Assembly (NCBI GenBank): GCA_001029795.1
Contig: CP011216.1
Coordinates: 6,903-70,902 of the forward strand
From: a candidate division Kazan bacterium GW2011_GWA1_50_15
GTDB lineage: Bacteria > Patescibacteriota > Kazan-3B-28
DNA length: 64,000 bases
Direction of reading: 5' to 3'
Part shown: piece after piece, positions 1-7,606 of the stretch
Layout of the letters: the number at the start of each line of letters is the position of its first letter
Position numbering within the stretch: position 1 is the stretch's first letter
Translations under genes and position numbers: made by a program
Notes under the pieces: generated by a model
The model's input: only the letters and a program-made list of their open reading frames with translations
Database searches by the model: none
Told to the model about the DNA's origin: nothing

Positions 1-2
1 AC

Positions 3-197
3 GATATCCGTGACCGTCGGGAGAACATCCGGTGTATGGCCGAACTGATGGCTTTTGCTCTGCACGAGCGGGGGTATAGTGTGGAACGAGCGTTAGGGTG
101 GTACAATACCGGCCAATCTTGTGAGAATGATTACGCCCGACTCGTTGCTCGGCGGTATCGGCGGTGGGCTAAACAGGATGGCGTGAAGTCGATTTAA
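3..197 (+). CDS. 3' end of a CDS truncated by the window edge; hypothetical protein (C-terminus ...GWYNTGQSCENDYARLVARRYRRWAKQDGVKSI)
   Basis: Open frame 3 from the window start to TAA at 195-197; no start codon in window. Weak resemblance to SLT/lysozyme-like C-termini (WYN.G), not relied upon. Confidence 0.35.
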   Translation, partial: DIRDRRENIRCMAELMAFALHERGYSVERALGWYNTGQSCENDYARLVARRYRRWAKQDGVKSI

Positions 198-295
198 ACG
201 GCTCTCAGTGCCGACTAGGGCTAGTTAGATGGGGTTGCCTGTCTGACTAGCCCTTTATAGTATCCGGAGTGTATAATTGCTCCGTAAGTCATCAT

Positions 296-342
296 TCCCG
301 TGTAGCTCTCCGCCAGCTGGCGGAGGTAGAGCAATCGCCTGT
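296..342 (+). repeat. Duplicated 5' half of tRNA-Asn (acceptor/D-arm/anticodon stem to nt ~35) with a 16-nt perfect palindrome (tccgccagctggcgga, 309-324) replacing the D-loop
   Basis: Runs cattcccgtgtagctc and ggtagagcaatcgcctgt are identical to 588-603 and 608-625 of the intact tRNA-Asn at 591-665. Similarity stops inside the anticodon loop, exactly where the GIY-YIG ORF begins. Confidence 0.7.
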
Positions 343-346
343 GGAC

Positions 347-601
347 ATGTATACCGTTTATGTTATTTATAACCAGCAGCACGACAAGATTTATATCGGT
401 CAAACAGAAAGTCTGGCGGAGAGGTTGGTTCAACACAAAAATAAACTCCTTGGAGATAAGAGTTACACGGCTCGGTTTGATGGGGGGTGGGCGGTTATTT
501 ATACTGAACAGGTGGCTAGTAGGGTATTAGCAATACAGCGAGAGCGCCAGTTGAAAAGTTACAGAGGACGGCAGTTTGTCAGAGAATTCATTCCCGTGTA
601 G
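347..601 (+). CDS. Small GIY-YIG (URI-domain) nuclease family protein, 84 aa
   Basis: Motifs VYVIYNQQHDKIYIGQTESLAERLVQH (GIY...YIG) plus R and E downstream. The listed ORF (269-601) reads through the tRNA fragment; the likely start is ATG at 347 (MYTVYVIY...). The stop TAG lies inside the first nucleotides of tRNA-Asn. Confidence 0.6.
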   Translation: MYTVYVIYNQQHDKIYIGQTESLAERLVQHKNKLLGDKSYTARFDGGWAVIYTEQVASRVLAIQRERQLKSYRGRQFVREFIPV

Positions 602-665
602 CTCAGCGGTAGAGCAATCGCCTGTTAAGCGATGGGTCGCTGGTTCGAATCCAGCCGCGGGAGCC
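591..665 (+). tRNA. tRNA-Asn (anticodon GTT)
   Basis: Cloverleaf: acceptor tcccgtg/cgcggga, D-arm gctc/gagc, anticodon stem atcgc/gcgat with loop ctGTTaa, T-arm ctggttcgaatccag, CCA encoded. Resembles E. coli tRNA-Asn (UCC... CUGUUAA loop). Confidence 0.8.
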
Positions 666-756
666 ACATAAAAACGAGTCAAATGACCGAGGTGTCTATC
701 TTGGTTGATTTGGCGTTTGTTTATTAAAGCCTGTAAATCTGGTAAAATAAGTCGTC

Positions 757-1785
757 ATGAGCACAACTGATTTAATTAAAAAAATTGAGGAATTGCGAGG
801 ATCAAAGGTGGTAACCTATATCACTAGCGATCGCCCAGGTCCAGTCAGCGCAAAGGTTGCTATGGATGTCGTTCCAATTATTAGTCGCCAACTACGGGCA
901 ATCGGTAAAGTTGAAAAGATTGACCTGTTTTTATATAGTTCGGGTGGAGATACTTTGGTCCCGTGGCGGTTAGTGTCCATGATAAGAGAATATTGTGATC
1001 ATTTTTCTGTACTGATTCCATATAAAGCTCATAGTGCAGCCACTATGATTGCTTTGGGTGCTGATGAAATCGTAATGACTGACTTATCAGAGCTTTCTCC
1101 AATTGATCCATCAACTGCTAATGTCTTTAATCCAGTAGATCCGCAAAATCCTCAAGGGCGAATCCCAATTTCAGTAGAGGATGTAATGGCTTATTTCGAT
1201 TTAGTGAAGAATAAGTTTGGCATCAAGAATGATCCAGATCTAGCGGCCATGTTTGCCAAATTTACCGAGGCCAATCCACAGATTCATCCGTTAGCATTAG
1301 GGAATATTAATCGCATTCACAATCTTATTCGGATGATTGCCCGACGGCTGTTAAAAAGCCACCGAAACCCAATGGAGGAAGAAAACATCACTAAAGTGGT
1401 TGACGATTTGACTGAAAAGCTCTATTCACATCAGTACTTCATTGGCAGGAAAGAGGCGAAGGATGATATCGGCATTAAATCAGTATCAGAGGCGGGCGAT
1501 GATTTGGCCAAGGCGATTACTGATCTGTATGAAAATTATGAAGTCGAGGTTGGACTGGGAATTTCTCAATGGAATCCAGAAGAAGAACTTGGCGTTGGTA
1601 ATCCTCAGGGCCAAAAGGACTACACTATTGCAGTGATAGAGAGCATTTCTAACAGTCGGAAGTTTCATATAAATATGGAGTTTAAACGACAGGTGACTCC
1701 AGCTGTTCAGCAAACTCCGCAAGGTCCTATACAAATTCAACAAGAGCAGATCAGTTTTCGAGTTATTAATCAAGGGTGGAAGTAA
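757..1785 (+). CDS. ClpP/crotonase-fold serine protease of the SDH (serine dehydrogenase proteinase, S49-like) family
   Basis: N-terminal 120 aa match the family pattern: VVTYITSDRPG, DLFLYSSGGD, SAATMIALGADEIVM, SELSPIDP (catalytic Ser in the GxSAAT-type motif). A long C-terminal extension is present. Confidence 0.6.
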   Translation: MSTTDLIKKIEELRGSKVVTYITSDRPGPVSAKVAMDVVPIISRQLRAIGKVEKIDLFLYSSGGDTLVPWRLVSMIREYCDHFSVLIPYKAHSAATMIALGADEIVMTDLSELSPIDPSTANVFNPVDPQNPQGRIPISVEDVMAYFDLVKNKFGIKNDPDLAAMFAKFTEANPQIHPLALGNINRIHNLIRMIARRLLKSHRNPMEEENITKVVDDLTEKLYSHQYFIGRKEAKDDIGIKSVSEAGDDLAKAITDLYENYEVEVGLGISQWNPEEELGVGNPQGQKDYTIAVIESISNSRKFHINMEFKRQVTPAVQQTPQGPIQIQQEQISFRVINQGWK

Positions 1786-1791
1786 GGTATT

Positions 1792-2379
1792 ATGATTGTT
1801 AATTTTTTGAAGTGGATTCAAGAGTTTCTTAACAGCAATATAGGATTGGTGACTTTTGTAGTCAGCTTTTTGGTCATTTATCTTTATGCGAAACAAAAAG
1901 CTGATAAAAAACGTGATGCCGCGAGTTTGATATTACAAGAAATTAGATTCGCCGAGCAGTGCATTAGGACTTATTTAGAGAAATATCAATACCAATTGTC
2001 TGATAGGCTATTGCCAACGAATAGTTGGAATGATAATGTTCATATTTTTATTAATAATCTCGATCAAACAGAATTAGACTTGATTAATCGGTTCTATTCC
2101 AAAACCGCTTACATAGATGTTTTGATTGGTAAAATCTCTGATTTTAAAAATGCTCCTATTCAAATGGGCCAAACCGTCACACCTTCTCAATCAGTGGTAA
2201 TTGGGTCTCCTCCAATGTCGGGTGGCCAGCCTGCACCGATGGTTGTACCTTTTGACCCCCTATTTAATACACAAAATACTCTTGCGAGTGTTTCTCAGAG
2301 TGTAGAACAAATCTACAATACTCCGGCAGGGGAAAAACTTAAGAGAATAGCTAAGAGAAAATGGTACCAGTTAGTTTGA
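1792..2379 (+). CDS. Hypothetical single-pass membrane protein (N-terminal TM helix; Gly/Pro-rich C-terminal segment)
   Basis: Starts 7 nt after the protease stop, forming an operon. Hydrophobic segment IGLVTFVVSFLVIYLY. No recognisable domain. Confidence 0.45.
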   Translation: MIVNFLKWIQEFLNSNIGLVTFVVSFLVIYLYAKQKADKKRDAASLILQEIRFAEQCIRTYLEKYQYQLSDRLLPTNSWNDNVHIFINNLDQTELDLINRFYSKTAYIDVLIGKISDFKNAPIQMGQTVTPSQSVVIGSPPMSGGQPAPMVVPFDPLFNTQNTLASVSQSVEQIYNTPAGEKLKRIAKRKWYQLV

Positions 2380-3654
2380 GTCGGTATTTTTGAGATGTCC
2401 ATTTTGTAAGATTAATCGGTTGGCGATATTTGATAATATTTCTCTTTTTTCTTCCGGCTTGCCTTCTCGGAGGATGTATTTGGCATAAAGCTTGAGGTCA
2501 ACTCTTGGCAATTTTGTTTCTTCTGATGTCAGCCCAAGTATTCCTTGGGTGAATTTATGGTAGCGATCAATTTCTTCTTGGAGTTTTTCTTTCATTCCGA
2601 TTTGATCCAGTTCCAACTTGTCGATTAGTCCAACAAATTGCTCAATTAGATCGGCTTCTCGGGTATATGGCTGGTTACATCCAATTCTTTTACTATCAGT
2701 GCAGTGGTAATAGATATGGCGTTTCATATCACCATTTTTAAGTCGCTTGAATTTCTCCTCGGCAGTTATTCCTGCCCCGCAAGCTCCGCAAACCATTAGT
2801 TTGGTAAAAGCGAAACACTTTTCGCCATGCCGACCATGGGCTGGTCTGGACATTCTAATCTGCACCTCATCGAACAACTCTTTGGTAATAAGCGGTTCGT
2901 GCTTGCCTTGATAGCTTTCTTTACCATAAGTATAGTCGCCATAGTAAAAGGGATTTTTTAGTATCAGGAAGATTGAACTTAAGACTACTTTCTTGCCACT
3001 TCTAGTCGTGAAGTTAGTTTCGGTATTCAGCCAATTGAAAATATCTCTGCCAGAATAGCCCTGCTTGGCCACTTTATTGAACATTTCTTTAATAAGTGGG
3101 GCCCTATCGGGATCAACTTTAATAGTATTGTCTTCCTTAATGTTTAAATATCCCAGTGGAGCTACGCCTGGTCGCCAACCCATCTCGCATTTGGTTCGCA
3201 TACCTCGTTTGACATTGACGCCTTTGTTGTCGTTCTCTAGTTTGGCTTGACTACATAGAATCATTAAGAGGAACTTCTCGTTAGGGGAGTTACGGAATAT
3301 CTGCCCATGGGTACGGATCTCTTGCAGCAGTCCTTGATCCATTAAATCCACTAAAGAACCAAGATCACCAGCATTTCTGCTTAAACGGTCAGGAGCCCAA
3401 GTTAGAATACCATTGAATTCTCCAGAGCGGATTCTCTGCAAAAGATCCATATAGGCAGGCCGTTGGCCAGAATCTTTGGCCGAATGACTTTCTTTGATGG
3501 TTTCTACTACTTCCACTCCATCTCTCTCGGCAGCAGCCATCATCTCCTTGATTTGGGAATCAATGGAAAGGGCTTGTCTTTCGTCCTGTTCGGATGACTT
3601 CCTGGCATATAGACAGTACTTCACGGGCTCCTCTAAAATCTCTTCTTGCGTCAT
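2371..3654 (-). CDS. Large serine recombinase (resolvase/invertase N-domain + recombinase domain + zinc ribbon)
   Basis: YCLYARKSSEQDE...SIDSQ catalytic-Ser region, a recombinase domain and CGACGAG...HIYYHC Zn-ribbon. The ORF extends to 3759; I prefer the ATG at 3654 (MTQEE...) preceded by aaggagaagaat. Confidence 0.75.
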   Translation of the reverse strand: MTQEEILEEPVKYCLYARKSSEQDERQALSIDSQIKEMMAAAERDGVEVVETIKESHSAKDSGQRPAYMDLLQRIRSGEFNGILTWAPDRLSRNAGDLGSLVDLMDQGLLQEIRTHGQIFRNSPNEKFLLMILCSQAKLENDNKGVNVKRGMRTKCEMGWRPGVAPLGYLNIKEDNTIKVDPDRAPLIKEMFNKVAKQGYSGRDIFNWLNTETNFTTRSGKKVVLSSIFLILKNPFYYGDYTYGKESYQGKHEPLITKELFDEVQIRMSRPAHGRHGEKCFAFTKLMVCGACGAGITAEEKFKRLKNGDMKRHIYYHCTDSKRIGCNQPYTREADLIEQFVGLIDKLELDQIGMKEKLQEEIDRYHKFTQGILGLTSEETKLPRVDLKLYAKYILREGKPEEKREILSNIANRLILQNGHLKNTDSN

Positions 3655-3801
3655 ATTCTTCTCCTTTTGTCCATAGGGGTATATTAAGGGTAAGGATGCC
3701 CGAAAGAGGCCTAAAGTCCAGCTATTTTCAGATTTGGAAAAAGCTTCGCAAAGGGCCATAATGGAGTTAAGGTTAAGGCATATTTTATCTACTCATAGGC
3801 C

Positions 3802-4566
3802 ATGAAGAAGCTCAAATATCCTACAGATTTTCTCAATAAAATAATCTGCGGTGATGCCGTAGAGGTTATGAAACAGATTCCCGATGGATCTGTAGATTTG
3901 ATCGTTACATCGCCGCCTTATAATTTAAAAAATTCAACTGGCAATGGAATGAAAGATGGTCGTGGTGGAAAATGGGCCAACGCTGCTTTGCAGAATGGTT
4001 ACACTCATCACGATGACTGTATGCCCCATGATGAGTATGTGAAGTGGCAAAGGGACTGTCTCGCTCAAATGTTAAGGATAATTCCGGAAGAAGGGGCAAT
4101 TTTTTATAACCATAAATGGAGAGTCCAAGATGGTTTGCTCCAAGACAGACAGGATATTGTTAGTGGTTTTCCGGTCAGGCAAATTATTATTTGGAAACGA
4201 AAGGGTGGGCTGAACTTTAACGCCGGGTATTTCCTACCCACTTACGAAGTAATTTACTTAATAGCCAAGTCTAAGTTTAAGTTAGCTGATAAAGCCAATG
4301 CCCAAGGTGATGTATGGGAATTTACACAAGAAATGGGGAATGACCACCCCGCTGCTTTCCCAGTCACTTTAATTAATCGTATAATTTCATCTACCAATGC
4401 CAAGATGATCCTAGATCCCTTTATGGGATCAGGTACCACGGCAATTTCAGCCATAAATTATAATCGTAATTATATTGGGATAGACCTATCGCCAGAATAC
4501 TGCAAGATGGCAGAGAGAAGGATCGAGCTTCGTAAAAAACAAGTAAAATTATTAATAGAAGTATGA
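3802..4566 (+). CDS. Beta-class amino-DNA methyltransferase (N4-cytosine or N6-adenine); motif IV SPPY precedes motif I DPFMGSGTT
   Basis: DLIVTSPPYNL early and DPFMGSGTTAISA late, the same order as M.PvuII/M.MvaI/M.BcnI-type enzymes. Confidence 0.8.
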   Translation: MKKLKYPTDFLNKIICGDAVEVMKQIPDGSVDLIVTSPPYNLKNSTGNGMKDGRGGKWANAALQNGYTHHDDCMPHDEYVKWQRDCLAQMLRIIPEEGAIFYNHKWRVQDGLLQDRQDIVSGFPVRQIIIWKRKGGLNFNAGYFLPTYEVIYLIAKSKFKLADKANAQGDVWEFTQEMGNDHPAAFPVTLINRIISSTNAKMILDPFMGSGTTAISAINYNRNYIGIDLSPEYCKMAERRIELRKKQVKLLIEV

Positions 4567-5357
4567 AAAAACCGATTATTTACACTAAACCGTTGTTGAT
4601 CAAGAAGCTCAAGGAAATTTCCGAATTGGGCTGGATTCCCAATGCAAGAAAAGGCAACGCTGGCGGGATTGGGAACACCCTGGAGGATTTATTGGGGATA
4701 ACAGAAAATAACTTGCCAATACCTAATGCTGCCGAGTGGGAATTAAAAACCCAACGATTAGGTACTAGCTCGTTGACAACACTGTTTCATACAGAGCCGT
4801 CACCCCGTGCGATTAAATTTGTGCCCCAAATTTTGTTACCCAAGTATGGTTGGGCCCATCAGGAAGCAGGGGAACAATATCCTAAGGGCGAAATGAGTTT
4901 TCGTCAGACCATTCATGGGCAATCGAGAAGTGACAGAGGTTTTAATGTGGTGATAGATCGTGCAGAGAAGAAAGTACTAATCTCATTTGATGCCAAGAGT
5001 GTGGATATACGCCACAAAAGATGGCTAGAGTCAGTTAAAAAGAGGGTAGGGCTTAAAGAGCTCGATCCGCAACCGTATTGGGGATTTGACGATCTTGAGC
5101 ATAAGGCAGGCACGAAATTACTTAATACTTTTTATGTACAAGCAGAGACAAAGATTGAACGCAAAAAAGAATACTATCATTACACAAAAATAATGATGCT
5201 TCAGAAGTTCAGTTTCGAGGGATTTCTCAAAGCGCTTGAAGAGGGGTATATTTTAGTGGATTTTGATGCTAGAACGGGCCACAACCACGGAACAAAGTTT
5301 AGGATGCGCCAAGATGCTTTACCAATGCTGTACGAAAAAGTTACTACTATTTTGTAG
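4563..5357 (+). CDS. Type II restriction endonuclease, MvaI/BcnI-like family (putative)
   Basis: Start overlaps the MTase stop (ATGA). N-terminal region GNTLEDLLGITENN...AEWELKTQRL...LTTLFHTEP parallels the BcnI/MvaI pattern GQILERQFG.QENN...GEFELKG...LTLFHKKP (from memory of BcnI). Confidence 0.55.
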   Translation: MKKPIIYTKPLLIKKLKEISELGWIPNARKGNAGGIGNTLEDLLGITENNLPIPNAAEWELKTQRLGTSSLTTLFHTEPSPRAIKFVPQILLPKYGWAHQEAGEQYPKGEMSFRQTIHGQSRSDRGFNVVIDRAEKKVLISFDAKSVDIRHKRWLESVKKRVGLKELDPQPYWGFDDLEHKAGTKLLNTFYVQAETKIERKKEYYHYTKIMMLQKFSFEGFLKALEEGYILVDFDARTGHNHGTKFRMRQDALPMLYEKVTTIL

Positions 5358-5362
5358 AGGAT

Positions 5363-5956
5363 ATGGCAGTAGATAGCATTGCAGATAAACTGGGCAAATA
5401 TCTTGCGAAGGATATCCCTATCAATAACGAGGCCGAAGTCTTATATTTTTTAATTGAGATCGGAAAAATTCTGGAACGAGATGAGAATATAAAATTTCCA
5501 CTCATAAAATTTTATAGGGATTGGGCTTGTCATCCTCGTAAGGACGGAATGATTCAGGAGATGTTAGATATTGTTCAGAAGATATATCAAGACGCTAAAA
5601 ACCACATGCAATCTCCACATGGATTAGGTAAACCTGTGGCTATACTAGATTTTACAAGTGGCGACCATCTTAAGAAGCAGATGAAGATGTTTTTGGCGGA
5701 ATATGGTTTATCGGACGATAATTTACTGTCCGATAAGAATTGGAAGTGGTTTGCCTCGATGCTATGTAATGTCTTAGCCGAACAGCCTCTATATCCTAAG
5801 TCAGAAGGAGTGGATCATGTTGAGTTTTTGCCAGTTGTTCAGGGTGCAGTTGGAGTAAAAGTGATATTCACTGGTGTTGAGAAAGGATGGGACGATAAGG
5901 ATTATGAGTATTATCAATTTCTGAACTATTTAGGCTCTCTGTCAGATGATTCATAA
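5363..5956 (+). CDS. Hypothetical protein, 197 aa; third gene of the RM operon
   Basis: Starts 6 nt after the REase gene on the same strand. No recognisable motifs. Confidence 0.4.
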   Translation: MAVDSIADKLGKYLAKDIPINNEAEVLYFLIEIGKILERDENIKFPLIKFYRDWACHPRKDGMIQEMLDIVQKIYQDAKNHMQSPHGLGKPVAILDFTSGDHLKKQMKMFLAEYGLSDDNLLSDKNWKWFASMLCNVLAEQPLYPKSEGVDHVEFLPVVQGAVGVKVIFTGVEKGWDDKDYEYYQFLNYLGSLSDDS

Positions 5957-5980
5957 ATGAAACATTTTGTGCCCTGGTTG

Positions 5981-6173
5981 CCACTGTCTCATTTGTCTCA
6001 TTTTCAGGTATGGGGGATAGCGCTTAGTACTGTCGCATTTGTCGCATTTTCTCCTATGGTTCTACAACTGACCGAGCCAGGTTGTCTCATTCCTAAAATC
6101 CCCAGATTATCTCCTTGGGAATCCAATCTGAACCGACCTGTTGAGCCATTTAGGACAGTTAGCTACTTCAGCC
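5981..6173. repeat. Repeat copy 1: degenerate tRNA-Asn 3'-end-like (T-arm/acceptor) segment preceded by tandem ctgtc(t/g)cattt motifs; att-remnant-like
   Basis: Shares ctgtcgcatttgtcgcattttctcctatgg...attatctcct.tgg...ctgaacc.a.ctgttgagcca with copies at 15187-15343 and 17450-17596. The 3' flank taggac.gttag.ta.ttcagc is shared with copy 3. Overlaps the 3' end of the recombinase gene 6107-7606. Confidence 0.6.
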
Positions 6174-7606
6174 AGTAGATTGAAAGGAGAACTAAGCTCG
6201 TAGAGCAGGTTTTTCCCTTGTAATCGGCAGTTCCGAAGTAAAAGACTCAAAAGTTGCCGTTTTTCAGGCACTTCCGAACTTTCAAATATCTCGCAAGCCC
6301 GTTTTGCCAGATTGAATACCATATTTGCCGTTAAATAAAACTCTTCGTCAGCCTGACTGTGGGTATTCATTTCAGCCAATAACTCTGACTGTCTACCTTT
6401 CCACTCTCTCAGCTTTTTGTCGTATTCTTCCTGTGTAATACTACCGTCGAGCTTGTCCACATACATTTTGGATATGCGATTTTCAAGGCGGTCATACTCA
6501 GCCTTAAGGCTATCCATACTATCACGATGGTAGTGAGATTCGCTTTGCCCGATGGCTTTGAGCTCCCTTGTTAGCCCGTCTATGGTGTCTTGGGGCAGTT
6601 GAATGGCTCTCAGGGCATCGTAGACAGGCTTCAAGAGCTCCTTCTCGGGTATCCAAGCCCTTTCGCAGAGCCCCTTATAGTTAGTGCAACTGTAGTAGAT
6701 ATACTTGCCCTTCTTAAGCTCTGGGGTGATTAAACATCCGCACTTGTCGCATCTTATGAGACCTCTAAAGATAAAGGGTTTAGCTTTGGATTTAAATGAC
6801 TTCTTGTTGTAGCCCGCCATTATGGTTTGGCACTTATCAAATAGCCACTTGGGAATCAGTGGCTCGTATTTGTGAGGATATTCCTTACCCTTAACGACCA
6901 TAACTCCGTGGTAAAAGGGATTTTTCAGATTCTTATGAACAAGACTGTTAGGGATTTGTTTCCCGTTTCTGGTCATCAACCCCGTCTTGTCTAACTCTTG
7001 TTTAATAGTTTTGACTGAATGCTGACCTGTCGCATAAAGCTCAAACATTCTTCTTATTGAATGGGCTCTTTCTGGGTCTGGGATGATTGTCTTTTTACCA
7101 TCAGGCAGGTCTTGGTTGATGTAGCCGATTGGAGCCATCCCTGCCCACTCCCTATTTAATATTTTTTGACTAAGGCTACGCTTCACATTGTCGCTTAGTT
7201 GCAAAACATAGCTTCGGGCAAACATTACTCCCATATCCCAACGAAGCAGGTCGGAGCTATTAGATTGGTCGTTGAGTATCAGGTTCTCTCGGATAAAGTG
7301 GATTTCTAATCTGCCATTCTTGCGGAACTCGTCCAATGTAACTGATTCCTTAAAACTGCGCTGTAGGCGGTCTATGGTTTCTACTACTAAAGTTACGGGT
7401 TCCTTGGAGGTGCTAATCTCGTTAATAACTAACTCAAACTTTTTGCGTTGGTCTTTAGTGGAAGACTCGTCAAATTGATATTCGCTCTGGACATCTAAAT
7501 TTCTGTCTTGGCACCATTGTCTTGAGCGGGCAAGTTGGGCGGGGATAGACTGTCCGTCCTGTATTTGTTCTTCTGTTGAAACTCGGGCTAAGATGACGGC
7601 TTTCAT
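6107..7606 (-). CDS. Large serine recombinase (second copy, distinct sequence)
   Basis: MKAVILARVSTEEQ...SIPAQ N-terminal resolvase motif, recombinase domain and Cys-rich zinc ribbon CDKCGC...YYSCTNY. Confidence 0.8.
   Translation of the reverse strand: MKAVILARVSTEEQIQDGQSIPAQLARSRQWCQDRNLDVQSEYQFDESSTKDQRKKFELVINEISTSKEPVTLVVETIDRLQRSFKESVTLDEFRKNGRLEIHFIRENLILNDQSNSSDLLRWDMGVMFARSYVLQLSDNVKRSLSQKILNREWAGMAPIGYINQDLPDGKKTIIPDPERAHSIRRMFELYATGQHSVKTIKQELDKTGLMTRNGKQIPNSLVHKNLKNPFYHGVMVVKGKEYPHKYEPLIPKWLFDKCQTIMAGYNKKSFKSKAKPFIFRGLIRCDKCGCLITPELKKGKYIYYSCTNYKGLCERAWIPEKELLKPVYDALRAIQLPQDTIDGLTRELKAIGQSESHYHRDSMDSLKAEYDRLENRISKMYVDKLDGSITQEEYDKKLREWKGRQSELLAEMNTHSQADEEFYLTANMVFNLAKRACEIFESSEVPEKRQLLSLLLRNCRLQGKNLLYELSSPFNLLAEVANCPKWLNRSVQIGFPRR

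Noticed and set aside
269-346. N-terminal extension of the GIY-YIG ORF back to the ATG at 269
   Set aside because: The extension translates the duplicated tRNA-Asn fragment and palindrome. The conserved GIY-YIG fold begins at the Met at 347.
221-436. 71-aa minus-strand ORF overlapping the GIY-YIG gene
   Set aside because: It is antisense to a gene with clear GIY-YIG motifs and overlaps the tRNA-derived repeat, so it is most likely spurious.
292-667. Interpretation as a single tRNA-Asn gene interrupted by a group I intron carrying the GIY-YIG ORF
   Set aside because: A complete, uninterrupted tRNA-Asn follows the ORF, with its own 5' half. No separate 3' exon or recognisable group I core is seen in the about 250-nt interval, so a duplication is more parsimonious.
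757-1785. SDH/S49 protease as a phage prohead-maturation protease
   Set aside because: There are no portal, capsid, terminase or other phage structural genes in the island. The neighbours are RM systems and recombinases.
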